Below the pieces are notes generated by a model. The model saw only the letters and a list, made by a program, of their open reading frames with translations, was not told the DNA's origin and did not search any database. A DNA stretch of 63,701 nucleotides, counting the filler, from Octopus bimaculoides (taxonomy: Eukaryota), in assembly GCF_001194135.2 (NCBI RefSeq). It is 9 parts of 7 records of this genome, joined end to end, with 100 filler letters (N's around TTAATTAATTAA, not from the genome) between each part and the next. Parts side by side here need not be neighbours in the genome. Positions count along the whole stretch, not along the records: positions 48,043 to 51,825 come from NC_069010.1; positions 51,926 to 61,998 come from NC_068998.1; 7 more parts are not named here. The stretch is one strand, 5' to 3'. The position numbers and the translations under genes were made by a program. This document shows positions 49,105 through 61,368 of the stretch, one piece after another. Position 1 is the first letter of the stretch. Every line of letters begins with the position of its first letter.

Positions 49105-50376
49105 CAGGGTGTTCAGGATAAATTTGACAGTTTGCATAGCAGGAAAAGAAAACAACAATATTTCATCGACAAATAAAAGTAACTTAAAAATTTTTTAAAT
49201 ATCAACTATATTATGGTTTGGAAATAACAGTCTATTTAAAGTTACTACCTTCGTGACCTCAAGATGGCTCCAGAACTTGGTGCATGCGTTGCTCACTGTG
49301 TCCCTGGGAAGATCCTTGAACACTTTGATTTTGGCCACCAGCTCAGCCTTGGCGTTGCAGACAGAGAGGTTGAGGTCTTGCTCAACCATGCTTTTCCTCC
49401 TTCCCCATATACACATAGTAATTCATGGGATTACATTATCATCATCGTTTAACATCCGCTTTCCATGCTAGCATCGGTTGGACGATTTGACTGAGGACTG
49501 GTGAAACCAGATGGCTACACCAGGCTCCAATCTGATTTGGCAGAGTTTCTACAGCTGGATGCCCTTCCTAACGCCAACCACTCCAAGAGTATAGTGGGTG
49601 TTTTTACGTGCCACCGGCACAAAGGCCAGTCAGGCGGTACTGGCACAGGAGCCAGTCCAGTGGCACTGGCAATGACCTCGCTTGAATGACTTTTCACGAG
49701 CCAGGAACGCGAAGCTGCGGCACAAGTGCCAGGAAGGCGACGCTGGTAATGATCACGCTCGAAAGGTGGTGCCATCACGATTTCGCTTTCGCTTGCCCCC
49801 AACAGGTCTTCACAAGCAGAGTTTAGTGTCCAATGGAGGAGACAATCGGAGAAATTAGGAGGGCAGTAATTGAGGCTGGTGAAGTTGTAGAGATTCTCTG
49901 ACAACAACTTCTGACACTTTCCAGATATATGGCAAGGAGTCGAATCCTGCTGCCACACATACGGTCTTCCAACAGCAACCCTCTCCAGCCGGGATTTGAC
50001 CATAGCTGTCTGAATCGAGTCTAAAGCCTTGTTTAAAGACATGGGATGACTCCCAGTTTGTGGACAGTCAGAACACCTGCTGTGTCCCTTCCTGCAGGCC
50101 ATGGCTTCATAGTCTCTGTTGCAGCTGTCCATGTTACATCTTACAGCCTTTACAGAGCATTGAGCAACAGTCATGATGTTGGCATCTTGATACCAGGCAT
50201 GGAACATCATGATACAGGTAACTCTTTTCCATTATTCAGATGGCTTCCAGTCTTCTGTGTCCACTTTTTCTCATATACACCTTTAATCTTTATGCTCTTC
50301 AATGCCATTGGCTGTTCACCAATATATCAAGCTGTTCCTCAATAAAGGAATTGTCAGCTTTATCCCAAACATTCAG
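49105..50376 (-). mobile_element. maT (DD37D-type Tc1/mariner) transposon, internally deleted and interrupted
   Basis: TA + CAGGGTGTTCAGGATAAATTTGACAGTT left TIR; right TIR 50349-50376 matches 20/28. Minus-strand frames give RLERVAVGRPYVWQQDSTPCHISGKCQKLLSENLYNF..PPN and KAELVAKIKVFKDLPRDTVSNACTKFWSHLE. Confidence 0.85.
49437..49835 (-). mobile_element. RTE-like tail element inserted into the maT transposase
   Basis: atcatcatcgtttaacatccgctttccatgctagcatcggttggacg.. is the reverse complement of the 45770-46340 family. Confidence 0.85.
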
Positions 50377-50612
50377 GGGTGAGTGTATGTATACATGTGT
50401 ATGTGCGTGTCTCTTACTTTCTGCCAACTAGTATTGGTTTCATTACATCCCCCATAACTTAGTAGTTCATCAGAAAGAGACTGATAGAATAAGTACCAGA
50501 CTTTAAAAAAAAAAAAAAAAAAAAAATACTGAGGTTAATTTGATTGACTAAACATTTCAAGGTGATGCTACAGCATGGCAGCAGTCCAATGTGACTGAAA
50601 CAAATAAAAGAA
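50377..50612 (+). mobile_element. SINE family A 3' half
   Basis: catcccccataacttagtagttc..agagactgatagaataagtaccagac..ttcaaggtgatgctacagcatggcagcagtcc..gactgaaacaaataaaag. Confidence 0.75.
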
Positions 50613-50731
50613 TTTTAAAAAATACTAAATGTAAATATATATATAATTTAATAATGAGGGTAAAAATTGATATTAATCAATTAAAACCAGTGGTCTAGCA
50701 TATTAAAAAAATCCGAAGATTAAAATTATAT

Positions 50732-50872
50732 TACATACAAAAATAAGAGGAATGACCAGCAAAAGTGGACTCCTATATGCTAGAAATAGATGCCGTGGTT
50801 AGATGATTTGGCATCTATTTCTAGCATATAGGAATCCACTTTTGCTGGTCATTCCTCATATTTTTGTATGTA
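50732..50872. repeat. Long inverted repeat (63-bp arms, 61/63 complementary, 15-nt loop)
   Basis: Arms 50732-50794 and 50810-50872 read directly. Confidence 0.95.
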
Positions 50873-51508
50873 TATATATATATATATATGTATGTGTGTA
50901 TATATATGTTTGTGTGTGTGTATACACACATTGTACATACATGATTGTTCACAATTGCATGTTCTTTTGCTAAACTGTATATATTTGTGTATAAAACCTA
51001 CACTGTGTATATATATATATATATGATTGAATGATGTATACATTTATTTATACCTGTGTCGTCGTTTTTGTTGTTATTGTTGTTGTGTTATTAGTTTGCT
51101 TCCAATGAGTAAGACACTCCAAATGTCATTGTCCCTTTTATTTTTTTCCCAAACATATGGGTCCTTCATTTTTTTCTTTTTAAGCTCATAGTATGTGAAT
51201 TGAGGGAGATTTGCTGTAATTTCTAGCAGATCAACTTCAATTGACTATATAAGGGTTCTCTCCCTCTCTCTCTCTCCTTCTCTCCTACCCACTCTTTCTT
51301 TCATCTCTCTCTCTCCTTCTCTCCTACCCACTCTTTCTTTCATCTCTCTCTTCTCCGCCTTCCACTTCTCTCCTCCCTCCTGTCCGTCCATACCTTTCTT
51401 GTGTGCCTTTATTTCATGCTGCTGCTGCTGTTGTTACCTTTTAACCCCAGGCCAAGCTTGTATAAGCAGACCAATGATCAAAGATGCATCAGGCAAGACC
51501 ATCTACCC

Positions 51509-51825
51509 TGTTGGTATTTACTGAGGAACAGTATATCTAAGACTACATAATTTAATGTGTTCTGTTTTTTTTTTAAATACGATATAATATGATATGAAAG
51601 CTACATTAACTGCTATTTCTAGCAGATACATGGACTATGTTGGTATTTACAGAGGAACAGTATATCTAAGACTACATAATTTAATGTGTTCTGGGTTTTT
51701 TTAAATACGATATAGTACGATATGAAAGCTACATTAACTGCTATTTCTAGCAGATACATGGACTATGTTGGTATTTACTGAGGAACAGTATATCTAAGAC
51801 TACATAATTTAATGTGTTCTGTTTT
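51509..51825. repeat. ~128-bp tandem repeat, at least 2.5 units, running into a gap
   Basis: tgttggtattta recurs at 51509, 51638 and 51766. Confidence 0.92.
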
Positions 51826-52199
51826 NNNNNNNNNNNNNNNNNNNNNNNNNNNNNNNNNNNNNNNNNNNNTTAATTAATTAANNNNNNNNNNNNNNNNNNN
51901 NNNNNNNNNNNNNNNNNNNNNNNNNGTCTGTATGTATGTATGTGAGTATTAAATAAATGACAAAGGAACCGGAACTTGTGCAATGAACTTCATTAGCTTA
52001 TGGGCGTTTTTGCTATAAGGTACTTTGAACTCGGAGCTGTGTGCTTGTGCATCGTCTTATAGCTTCCTCAGAGCTTCTAAAATGAGGCACAGGTTTATTT
52101 GGGAAAGCATTTACATACGTATGTTTGTTGAGTTCTAGCACCAAATCATTATTATCGCTATACCTAAGCGGAGCACCCCACCACATACACACACGTATA

Positions 52200-52570
52200 T
52201 AGTATGTTTGCTTCAGCCATTGGAGTAAGATCATGCTGGGGCACATTCTGGAACTCTTTAGGCGAACAAATTGGCTCCAGTACTTATTTCTAAGTCGATC
52301 GATCTTTTTTGCTGAGCCAATACATTACGGGGACGTAAACAAATGATCAACTGTCAGGTGGTAATGGTGGGGGAAGAACAAACACATACATACTGATATG
52401 TGTACGTGTGTGATTCTACACAGCTTCCGGTAACCACATTTACTTCAAGATATGACACTGGTAGCCTCAGCATTATAGTTGAAGACAAAGATTCAAGGTG
52501 CCACAAAGTAGGACTGAACCGGAAACCACATAATTTCTCAGCGGCCTTCTTTACCGCACAGCCATATTGA
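52200..52570 (-). mobile_element. SINE family A, degenerate
   Basis: Tail ttgcttcagccattgg..catgctggggca; body ggggacgtaaacaa; head gttgaagacaaagattcaaggtgccacaaagtaggactgaaccggaaacc. Confidence 0.75.
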
Positions 52571-52716
52571 GGTTTTCTAAAGAGCTTGGCACAAAATCTA
52601 TTGAAGTATATATTCCGGCTCTTTATCTCTTGAGTTCAAATCCCAAAGACGATCCGTTTGGTGGTTGATAATGCAATTGTCCTCAAATTTCTGGCCGTGT
52701 GCCTATAGTGGAAGGA

Positions 52717-52773
<57 letters not shown>

Positions 52774-52777
52774 GAAA

Positions 52778-52970
52778 ACGGTGAGCTGGAAGAATCGTTA
52801 GCACGCTGAACGAAATGCTTTAGCGGTACGTTCTGAGTTCAAATTTCGCCGAGGTCGCCTTTGCTTTCATCCTTTCGGCGGTCGATAAATTAAGTACCAG
52901 TGCAGCACAGGGGTCGACGTAATCGACAAGTCCCCTTCCCCAACTTTCAGGCCTTGTGCTTATATTAAAA
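52778..52970 (+). mobile_element. SINE family B, with an older partial copy at about 52600-52710
   Basis: cggtgagctggaagaatcgttagcacgc..ttctgagttcaaatttcgccgaggtcg..tcgataaattaagtaccagt..ggggtcgacgtaatcgac..caggccttgtgc. Confidence 0.85.
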
Positions 52971-53108
52971 AGGACTATTATTCTCAGTTTATCTTTTGCT
53001 TTTTTACGTTTTCTTGGTGTATCTCTTTTAATTTATTCATGGCCCTCTCAGCTTTTTGTAACACTGTTGTATTGCGATAGCATAGGCTTACATGTACTTC
53101 TAATACAG

Positions 53109-53197
<89 letters not shown>

Positions 53198-54113
53198 CAA
53201 AAAACGAAAATATATATATTCAACGTCACCAGAATATGATTCAATAAGTAAGATCGGNNNNNNNNNNNNNNNNNNNNNNNNNNNNNNNNNNNNNNNNNNN
53301 NNNNNNNNNNNNNNNNNNNNNNNNNNNNNNNNNNNNNNNNNNNNNNNNNNNNNNNNNNNNNNNNNNNNNNNNNNNNNNNNNNNNNNNNNNNNNNNNNNNN
53401 NNNNNNNNNNNNNNNNNNNNNNNNNNNNNNNNNNNNNNNNNNNNNNNNNNNNNNNNNNNNNNNNNNNNNNNNNNNNNNNNNNNNNNNNNNNNNNNNNNNN
53501 NNNNNNNNNNNNNNNNNNNNNNNNNNNNNNNNNNNNNNNNNNNNNNNNNNNNNNNNNNNNNNNNNNNNNNNNNNNNNNNNNNNNNNNNNNNNNNNNNNNN
53601 NNNNNNNNNNNNNNNNNNNNNNNNNNNNNNNNNNNNNNNNNNNNNNNNNNNNNNNNNNNNNNNNNNNNNNNNNNNNNNNNNNNNNNNNNNNNNNNNNNNN
53701 NNNNNNNNNNNNNNNNNNNNNNNNNNNNNNNNNNNNNNNNNNNNNNNNNNNNNNNNNNNNNNNNNNNNNNNNNNNNNNNNNNNNNNNNNNNNNNNNNNNN
53801 NNNNNNNNNNNNNNNNNNNNNNNNNNNNNNNNNNNNNNNNNNNNNNNNNNNNNNNNNNNNNNNNNNNNNNNNNNNNNNNNNNNNNNNNNNNNNNNNNNNN
53901 NNNNNNNNNNNNNNNNNNNNNNNNNNNNNNNNNNNNNNNNNNNNNNNNNNNNNNNNNNNNNNNNNNNNNNNNNNNNNNNNNNNNNNNNNNNNNNNNNNNN
54001 NNNNNNNNNNNNNNNNNNNNNNNNNNNNNNNNNNNNNNNNNNNNNNNNNNNNNNNNNNNNNNNNNNNNNNNNNNNNNNNNNNNNNNNNNNNNNNNNNNNN
54101 NNNNNNNNNNNNN

Positions 54114-54147
<34 letters not shown>

Positions 54148-54500
54148 GTATGCATACAAGCATGTATATATAAACGTATATGTATGTCTATACGCATAAA
54201 TATATATACTTACACACAGATACACACACATACACACACATATATATTTCATTTTATGATTAGTAAATTTCGAATTTTAAAAGTTCTCTTCACTTTCACA
54301 ATATCATTTCTCTTTTTTTTTTCATCAAAACCTATTGTGAAACTAACATAGCGTACATGCAGAGAAGCACGTTCACGCGCGCATGCGCGTACTCATTGTC
54401 ACACGCCTTGTCATATATGCATCCCCTATCGTTACCATTTTCATCTTCATCATCCTCATCATCATCACGGTCATCATCATCATCATCTTTATTATTTTTA

Positions 54501-54550
<50 letters not shown>

Positions 54551-55544
54551 GTTATTATCATTATTATCATCATCATCAACAATTTGAATCAGGGCTTGCC
54601 ATACTTAAGGAAGTTTCAGCCTCCTATTCCAAAACAAATTTAAATCATGTAGTCCCTTCTTCTTTTCCCTTATTTATAAATTAAAACCTGTATATGTATN
54701 NNNNNNNNNNNNNNNNNNNNNNNNNNNNNNNNNNNNNNNNNNNNNNNNNNNNNNNNNNNNNNNNNNNNNNNNNNNNNNNNNNNNNNNNNNNNNNNNNNNN
54801 NNNNNNNNNNNNNNNNNNNNNNNNNNNNNNNNNNNNNNNNNNNNNNNNNNNNNNNNNNNNNNNNNNNNNNNNNNNNNNNNNNNNNNNNNNNNNNNNNNNN
54901 NNNNNNNNNNNNNNNNNNNNNNNNNNNNNNNNNNNNNNNNNNNNNNNNNNNNNNNNNNNNNNNNNNNNNNNNNNNNNNNNNNNNNNNNNNNNNNNNNNNN
55001 NNNNNNNNNNNNNNNNNNNNNNNNNNNNNNNNNNNNNNNNNNNNNNNNNNNNNNNNNNNNNNNNNNNNNNNNNNNNNNNNNNNNNNNNNNNNNNNNNNNN
55101 NNNNNNNNNNNNNNNNNNNNNNNNNNNNNNNNNNNNNNNNNNNNNNNNNNNNNNNNNNNNNNNNNNNNNNNNNNNNNNNNNNNNNNNNNNNNNNNNNNNN
55201 NNNNNNNNNNNNNNNNNNNNNNNNNNNNNNNNNNNNNNNNNNNNNNNNNNNNNNNNNNNNNNNNNNNNNNNNNNNNNNNNNNNNNNNNNNNNNNNNNNNN
55301 NNNNNNNNNNNNNNNNNNNNNNNNNNNNNNNNNNNNNNNNNNNNNNNNNNNNNNNNNNNNNNNNNNNNNNNNNNNNNNNNNNNNNNNNNNNNNNNNNNNN
55401 NNNNNNNNNNNNNNNNNNNNNNNNNNNNNNNNNNNNNNNNNNNNNNNNNNNNNNNNNNNNNNNNNNNNNNNNNNNNNNNNNNNNNNNNNNNNNNNNNNNN
55501 NNNNNNNNNNNNNNNNNNNNNNNATATATATATATATATATAAA

Positions 55545-56437
55545 ACCGGAAAAAACAAAAGAAATTATCTGACTGGTAGGAGAAGGCGTTGCATGGTAGA
55601 TTCTCAAAGATAGAGTCAGCAAATAGTAGTAGTAAGACATGATTATGGCTGAAGAAGGAAAAGCTGAGGATGGAGACAGAAAGTTTGTTAGTAGCTGCAC
55701 AAGATCAAGCATTAAGAACTAACTGGATTAAAAGTCAAAATACACAAAAACCAAGTAGATTCCCAATGTAGATTATTCAAATCAAAAGAGGAAAGCGTTA
55801 CTCATATAGTAAGTGAATGTAGCATGCTGGCACAGAAAGAATACAAGAAAAGACATGATAAACTAGGGAGAGTGATCCACTGGGAGCTTTGTAGAAAGCT
55901 AGGATTTGAACATACTGATAAATGGTATGAACATGAACCGGGTAAAGTACTAAAAAGTAAGAAATATAAGATGTTGTGGGACTTTAGCATTCAGACAGAG
56001 AGAGTAATAGAAGCTAGGCCTGATTTAGTACCAGTAGATAAAGAGAATAGAAAGTGCCAGATAATACTTTACAGTCCCAAATGATAAAAAAAATTAATAT
56101 GAGAAGTATAGAGAAAATAGCAAAGTACCAGGACCTAGCCATTGAATTACAGAGATTATGGAAAGTGCGGGTAAATGTATCCCAGTAGTTATAGGTGCAT
56201 TGGGAACTATGGCCAAAGATCTGAACAGATGGACAGAGGAGATAAGCATAAAACCCAGTTTAGTACAGCTGTAGAAAACAGTGTTATTAGGGGCAGCTAG
56301 GATATTTAGGAGGGTTCTTGGCATCCGAACTTACTTGCTGTAACTTGATAGGAGGGTTCTTGGCATCTAAGGCAACTTGTTGTGGCCCGATGTCAGGATT
56401 CTTTTCTTTCCCAACAGTATAATCTGTTGAGTGTAGA

Positions 56438-56440
<3 letters not shown>
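55545..56440 (+). mobile_element. R4/Dong-like non-LTR retrotransposon C-terminal region (zinc knuckle + RLE), pseudogene, with (AAT)n(AGT)n tail
   Basis: W.EKALHGRF..WLKKEKLRMETESLLVAAQDQALRTN..CRL..EESVTHIVSECSMLAQKEYKKRHDKLGRVIHWELC..KWYEHEP..LWDFSIQTERVIEARPDL..DKENRKCQII..AKYQDLAIELQRLW..VVIGALGT; frameshifted. Confidence 0.9.
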
Positions 56441-56534
<94 letters not shown>

Positions 56535-57245
56535 NNNNNNNNNNNNNNNNNNNNNNNNNNNNNNNNNNNNNNNNNNNNNNNNNNNNNNNNNNNNNNNNNN
56601 NNNNNNNNNNNNNNNNNNNNNNNNNNNNNNNNNNNNNNNNNNNNNNNNNNNNNNNNNNNNNNNNNNNNNNNNNNNNNNNNNNNNNNNNNNNNNNNNNNNN
56701 NNNNNNNNNNNNNNNNNNNNNNNNNNNNNNNNNNNNNNNNNNNNNNNNNNNNNNNNNNNNNNNNNNNNNNNNNNNNNNNNNNNNNNNNNNNNNNNNNNNN
56801 NNNNNNNNNNNNNNNNNNNNNNNNNNNNNNNNNNNNNNNNNNNNNNNNNNNNNNNNNNNNNNNNNNNNNNNNNNNNNNNNNNNNNNNNNNNNNNNNNNNN
56901 NNNNNNNNNNNNNNNNNNNNNNNNNNNNNNNNNNNNNNNNNNNNNNNNNNNNNNNNNNNNNNNNNNNNNNNNNNNNNNNNNNNNNNNNNNNNNNNNNNNN
57001 NNNNNNNNNNNNNNNNNNNNNNNNNNNNNNNNNNNNNNNNNNNNNNNNNNNNNNNNNNNNNNNNNNNNNNNNNNNNNNNNNNNNNNNNNNNNNNNNNNNN
57101 NNNNNNNNNNNNNNNNNNNNNNNNNNNNNNNNNNNNNNNNNNNNNNNNNNNNNNNNNNNNNNNNNNNNNNNNNNNNNNNNNNNNNNNNNNNNNNNNNNNN
57201 NNNNNNNNNNNNNNNNNNNNNNNNNNNNNNNNNNNNNNNNNNNNN

Positions 57246-57290
<45 letters not shown>

Positions 57291-58029
57291 AACACACACA
57301 ACGTATTCTAACACATACCTACAAATTGACACATACAAGCGCACAGAGAAAGGCACTCACACAGACATGCACAAAATGTACGCATTCTATTCGTAAATTT
57401 TTGTGGAGGTGAATGAGTCGTGGCGGTGGGGAACTTTTCTGCTGCTGCTACTACTGCTGCTCCTGCTGCTACCGCTGCAGTTGAAGTGATTTCTGTATGG
57501 AAATCTTTCAAAAGAAATCTAACTTCGTCACGTGCTCTACTTTTTGAAAATTACTTATCACACACAACACACACACACACACACACATATTGTATTAGCT
57601 GTGAAATCCTACCTAAAGCCATGTTGTCTTTTGATTATATTTTTGTTTCCACTGTAATAATAACAACAACAATAATAATAATAATAATAATAATAATACG
57701 ACTAATAACAATAATGACAAAAATTATAACAGATACCATTAATTTTTGAAGTTATATGCCTGTTTCGCATGCTTTGTTTGAATGCATATGTGTGTGTATA
57801 CGTATGTGAACGAGTGTATGGTATGTGTGTATGTGCGAAAATGTTATTGTGTGAAACTTAAAAATAATTACGTAACAAAATCGCTTCCATTTTCCAGATA
57901 CCTACTGCCCTCTCAATGTATGTATACACACACACATATATATATTTATACACATACATCTATACATATATCTCTATATATGTGTATGTGTATATGTATG
58001 TATATGTATATATATATATATATCCTTTC

Positions 58030-58190
58030 TTTTATTATTTTACTTGTTTCAGTCATTTAAGCGCGGCGGCCATGCTGGAACACCGCTTTTAGTCGAAGGA
58101 ATCGATCTCAGGACTTATTCTTTGTAAGCCCCAATAATTATTCTATCGATCCCTTTTGCCGAACTGCTAAGTTACGGGAACGTAAACCCA
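58030..58190 (-). mobile_element. SINE family A 3' half
   Basis: tttacttgtttcagtcatt..gcggccatgctggaacaccgctttt..ttttgccgaactgctaagttacggg. Confidence 0.85.
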
Positions 58191-58544
58191 CCATTTCAAT
58201 CGGTAATACTTGCTGATGAAGGTAAGGCTTTCCGACAAAATCAGAAATCACGACCTAAGTATATCCATACACCAAAATATATATAGCATTGGGTTATACA
58301 GGTTTGTTAATTATATATGTAATTAAGATTCCTTTGAATTAGGTACTAAATTGAGGCACCTTGTTAGGTCGGTATAGGCTGCATATCCAAACAATATTAA
58401 CTGAACATTGACTATCAAAACTCCGTGCAGGAGTGTTTGCATCTGATATTCCTGCCGTGTGTGCAGACAACGTAACCCAGCTGAGTGAAGATATTCGCTC
58501 TTGGTAATTCAAACATGTTCTTCTCATAGAGGTACTTTCTATAG

Positions 58545-59125
58545 TATTTCCGAAGTGCCTTCTACTATAGCCTCGGGCCGACCAATACCTTGTGAGTGTA
58601 TTTGGTAGACGGAAACTAAAGGAAGTCCGTCGTATATATGTATGTGTGTGTATATGTTTGTGTGTCTGTGTTTGTCCTCCCTAGCATCGCTTGACAACCG
58701 ATGGTGGTGTGTTTACATCTCCGTAACTTAGCGGTTCGCCCAAGAGATCGATAGAATAAATGCTAGGCTTACAAAGAATAAGTCCTGGGATCGATTTGCT
58801 CGACTAAAAGGCGGTGCTCCAGCATGGCCACAGTCAAATGACCGAAACGAGTAAAAGAGTAAAAAGTTAAGAGAGTATGTGTGGTGTGTGTTTGTGTGAG
58901 TGTGTGTGTGTGTGTCTGCTTTTGCCCTCCCCCACCGCTTGACAACAACCAGTGTTGGTGTGTTTACGTCCTCGTAACCGAGCGGTTAAGCAAACGAGAA
59001 CAACAGAATGAGTAGCAGACGGAAGGGAAAAATTACCGGGGTCGATTTGTTTGATTAAAAACCCTTCAAGTCGTTTGCCCCAGCATGGCCGCAGTCCATA
59101 GACTGAAACAAGAAAAAAGATGAAA
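58545..59125 (+). mobile_element. SINE family A (CORE to tail) followed by a second family-A 3' half
   Basis: agtgccttctactatagcctcgggccgacc..ggcggtgctccagcatggccacagtc; the 3' half repeats from 58900. Confidence 0.88.
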
Positions 59126-59589
59126 GATGAGAGATGGAAGATGATTAAAGACCAACCGAATGGCTCGTGCGCGTGGATAGAAAGCTGAAAAGTACTGTTT
59201 CATATTTTTATGAACTGGAAAGAAGAGCTTACGGCTTATTTACTTTTATTTGAACCAACCCATTTAAAATTTAATGCAAAAATGGAAAAAAAAAAGCAGG
59301 GATGCTAAAAGAGAAGTTCTAAAATTTCCAAAAGTTGCTTGTTCTTTGATTTTCCAACACCTGCTGTGCAGGAATTTGAAAGACTTATCAGTCTTTTCTA
59401 GTAGGAACTAAAACTGATCAACAACAACTGCTTCGAAAATTATTCCTGTATCAAAGAATTCTTCACAATGGATTTTGCGATGCCAAAGGGACAGACAAGA
59501 CATATCGATTCACTCGAGTTTGGCATTTAAATTCTAGCAACGCTACGCTGTTTCTTATCTTTGCGTCTTTTATCTTCTAGCTTTTATCT

Positions 59590-59835
59590 TCTCTGACTCG
59601 TTTCAGTTACTGGAATACGGCCATGCTGGGGCACCGCCTTGAAGGGTTTTGTTTTTTTCGTCCAGCAAATCGACCGCAGAGTTTACGTTTGTTTTTTTGT
59701 TTTTTGTTTTTTAACACCGGTTCTTTTGGTGGGGTTTTTAAGTCAGGTGCTTATTTTATCGGTCTCTTTGTCGAACCGCTGCGTTTTGGGGACGTAAACA
59801 AAGCAACACTGATTGTCAGGCAGTGGAGGGGACAA
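59590..59835 (-). mobile_element. SINE family A 3' half
   Basis: tttcagttactgg..cggccatgctggggcaccgccttgaag..cgaaccgctgcg..ggggacgtaaacaa. Confidence 0.8.
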
Positions 59836-59984
59836 TGATGATGATGATGATAACGACAACGACTATGGTGATGATGATGATGATCATCATCATCATCATC
59901 ACCATCATCATGACGACGATGATGATGGTGATATTGATGATGGTGGTGGTAGTGATGATGATGACGATGATGATGATGATGATG

Positions 59985-60330
59985 AAAGGATAAAAAGCAA
60001 AGTCGACCTCGGCGGGATTTGAACGTGGAACGTAACGGCAGACGAAATACCACTAAGTGTTGTCGCCCGGCGTGCTAACATTTCTGCCAGCTCGCCGCCT
60101 TAATATGGAAAATAATTCTTTCTATTCTAGATACAAGGCCCGAAATTTTGGTGGAGGGGGCCAGTCGATTAGATCGAATCCAGTACGCAACTGGTACTTA
60201 ATTTATCGACTCCGTAAGGATAAAAAGCTAAGTCGACCTCGGCGGGATTTGAACGTGGAACGTAACGGCAGACGAAATACCACGAAGCGTTATCGCCCAA
60301 CGTGCTAACATTTCCGCCAGCACACCGCCT
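59985..60330 (-). mobile_element. SINE family B, two tandem copies (second near full length)
   Basis: aagtcgacctcggcgggatttgaacgtggaacgtaacggcagacgaaatacc occurs twice with shared variants. Confidence 0.9.
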
Positions 60331-60795
60331 TCGCTTCCGCCTTCCCCTTTTATAACCGCTGGAAGGTTCACATGATTTCGACACATCTATATCAAAAAAG
60401 AAAACATATTTTATGGCTGGGATATTAAAGACAAATTTATGTTTATACGCAGAATGAAAGCAATATAAAATATATTTCAGTTTCCANNNNNNNNNNNNNN
60501 NNNNNNNNNNNNNNNNNNNNNNNNNNNNNNNNNNNNNNNNNNNNNNNNNNNNNNNNNNNNNNNNNNNNNNNNNNNNNNNNNNNNNNNNNNNNNNNNNNNN
60601 NNNNNNNNNNNNNNNNNNNNNNNNNNNNNNNNNNNNNNNNNNNNNNNNNNNNNNNNNNNNNNNNNNNNNNNNNNNNNNNNNNNNNNNNNNNNNNNNNNNN
60701 NNNNNNNNNNNNNNNNNNNNNNNNNNNNNNNNNNNNNNAGTTTCAACGAACTGTCCTCTCCTAAAATTTATGACCTTCTACGTACATAACCCACA

Positions 60796-60833
<38 letters not shown>

Positions 60834-60834
<1 letters not shown>

Positions 60835-61368
60835 GAGTGAGAGAGCAGTGCATGCCATCAAAGTGACACTGGAGTACAAATATACGAAGCCCATTATACC
60901 CATCATGACTACCCGTCTCATAAGGGTACACCAGGCACATGCATCACAACCATATGTGTGTGACATGGTGATCTCATAGGAAGATAAACAGCACATGACC
61001 TCGCAGGCGGAGCCCTGTTAGAATTTTCTTCAAGTCGAGTAGACCATCCCGTTCAAATGGTCCCTGAATAAGTGTTGTTTAAGGATGTTGAGCAAAACAC
61101 CCATGTTTCCAGAGGTGAGTTATTCAAACCCCAAAGAATTCCTCTCAACACATGGCTATGATGCTCCCCCACTACTTCTGCTCGTGATCAGGGAGGCACA
61201 TATCGTCAGCCACCAAGGGACATGCTCAACTGGTTAAGGTCAAACAACTGACAAGCAAATCTGTGGTATTGAGCAGAATATTTGCTGTAGCCCATCTTTT
61301 ATACCAACACAAAACGTATACATGGTAACACTTCCAACCAGTTAAGATCAAAAGCCACGAGGGCCAGT
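60834..61368 (-). mobile_element. Family E headless (AAT)n-tailed element, ~535 bp
   Basis: Homologous end to end with 24107-24640. Confidence 0.88.

Noticed and set aside
51509-51825. CRISPR-like array
   Set aside because: The whole unit repeats with no unique spacers, the context is eukaryotic, and there are no cas genes.
57420-57480. Poly-Ala-like ORF (MAVGNFSAAATTAAPAATAA)
   Set aside because: A short degenerate (CTG)n tract with no further support.
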